From the NCBI GenBank assembly GCA_016712505.1, contig JADJQY010000042.1:269809-333808 (forward strand): a stretch of 64,000 nucleotides of DNA. Reading direction: 5' to 3'. Each line of letters begins with the position of its first letter. Position 1 is the first letter of the stretch. Position numbers and translations under genes: made by a program. Source of the DNA: Candidatus Eiseniibacteriota bacterium. GTDB lineage: Bacteria > Eisenbacteria > RBG-16-71-46 > CAIMUX01. This document shows, piece after piece, positions 63,776 to 64,000 of the stretch. Under the pieces are notes generated by a model, which saw only the letters and a program-made list of their open reading frames with translations, did not search any database and had not been told where the DNA came from.

Positions 63776-64000
63776 CGCACCTCCTTTGGTTTAGGTGCGC
63801 TAACCGTAGCAACCGACTTCCGGCGCCGCTTCTCCGAAACTGCTATTTCCAGATCCGGCCGGGAGGCGGCGCGCACGATGCACGCCGGCACGCGCCCCAG
63901 CGCCTCTCCCGCGGCCCTGAGCCGACCCCGCAAGGTGCTCGGGCTCTCCCCCGTCACGTCGCGGAATGTCCGCCCGAACGTCCCCAGGCTCTCCCAGCCC
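63772..64000 (-). CDS. C-terminal part of a probable AraC-family HTH regulator (N-terminus beyond the window end)
   Basis: Reading in from the window edge gives GWESLGTFGRTFRDVTGESPSTLRGR, which fits the AraC HTH-2 pattern (G-x-S-x3-F-x-R-x-F-x3-G-x-SP). A ~45-aa tail follows. Its stop overlaps the VOC start. Confidence 0.35.
   Translation of the reverse strand, partial: GWESLGTFGRTFRDVTGESPSTLRGRLRAAGEALGRVPACIVRAASRPDLEIAVSEKRRRKSVATVSAPKPKEVR

Noticed and set aside
1-64000. CRISPR arrays, integrases/transposases, prophage genes, rRNA/tRNA genes
   Set aside because: I looked for regularly spaced direct repeats, tyrosine/serine recombinase or DDE motifs, and RNA gene signatures, and found none. 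The only repeats are the intragenic 12- and 15-bp coding arrays, the GGCGGGC microsatellite and the palindromes.

Overview
This is a very GC-rich (~70%) bacterial chromosomal window. The proteins look like the FCB superphylum, plausibly Gemmatimonadota or a related lineage: there are many secreted proteins carrying a C-terminal T9SS-type sorting domain and a fused alpha/beta 2-oxoacid dehydrogenase E1. I found no rRNA, tRNA, CRISPR array, transposase or integrase.

Gene content (about 50 CDSs):
- Housekeeping: rocD (5' partial), RecQ, RtcB, LspA, PrsW, QueF, DedA, an aldo-keto reductase, a beta-carbonic anhydrase, PhoD, a Bcp peroxiredoxin, an e(P4) phosphatase and a DnaQ-like exonuclease.
- Large T9SS cargo proteins: an S8 protease, CarboxypepD_reg repeats, a beta-propeller, DUF4331, an ELWxxDGT-repeat giant and a Big-like HxDHxD protein.
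- Signalling modules: an ECF sigma with a Ser/Thr kinase-NB-ARC-TPR partner; a class-III adenylyl cyclase-ATPase-TPR gene translationally coupled to a SulP-STAS-cNMP transporter; a MinD-like ATPase with a PilZ protein; and a STAND ATPase-HTH regulator.

Most interesting items:
- A cAMP cassette bracketed by identical 20-bp perfect palindromes and AT-rich islands.
- A G10 homopolymer that decides whether the ECF sigma ORF terminates in a TGATG overlap with queF or reads through.
- A Fur-box-controlled metal-uptake locus (TonB receptor plus a lipoprotein built from a novel repeated W-H-x-D-H-x-D domain) next to a fur-phoD operon.
- A Bcp peroxiredoxin fused to a histone-H1-like tail.
- An orphan ClpX-like unfoldase lacking the ClpP-docking loop.
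- A large orphan gamma-class N6-adenine methyltransferase.
- Two unrelated in-frame 15-bp tandem repeats inside genes.
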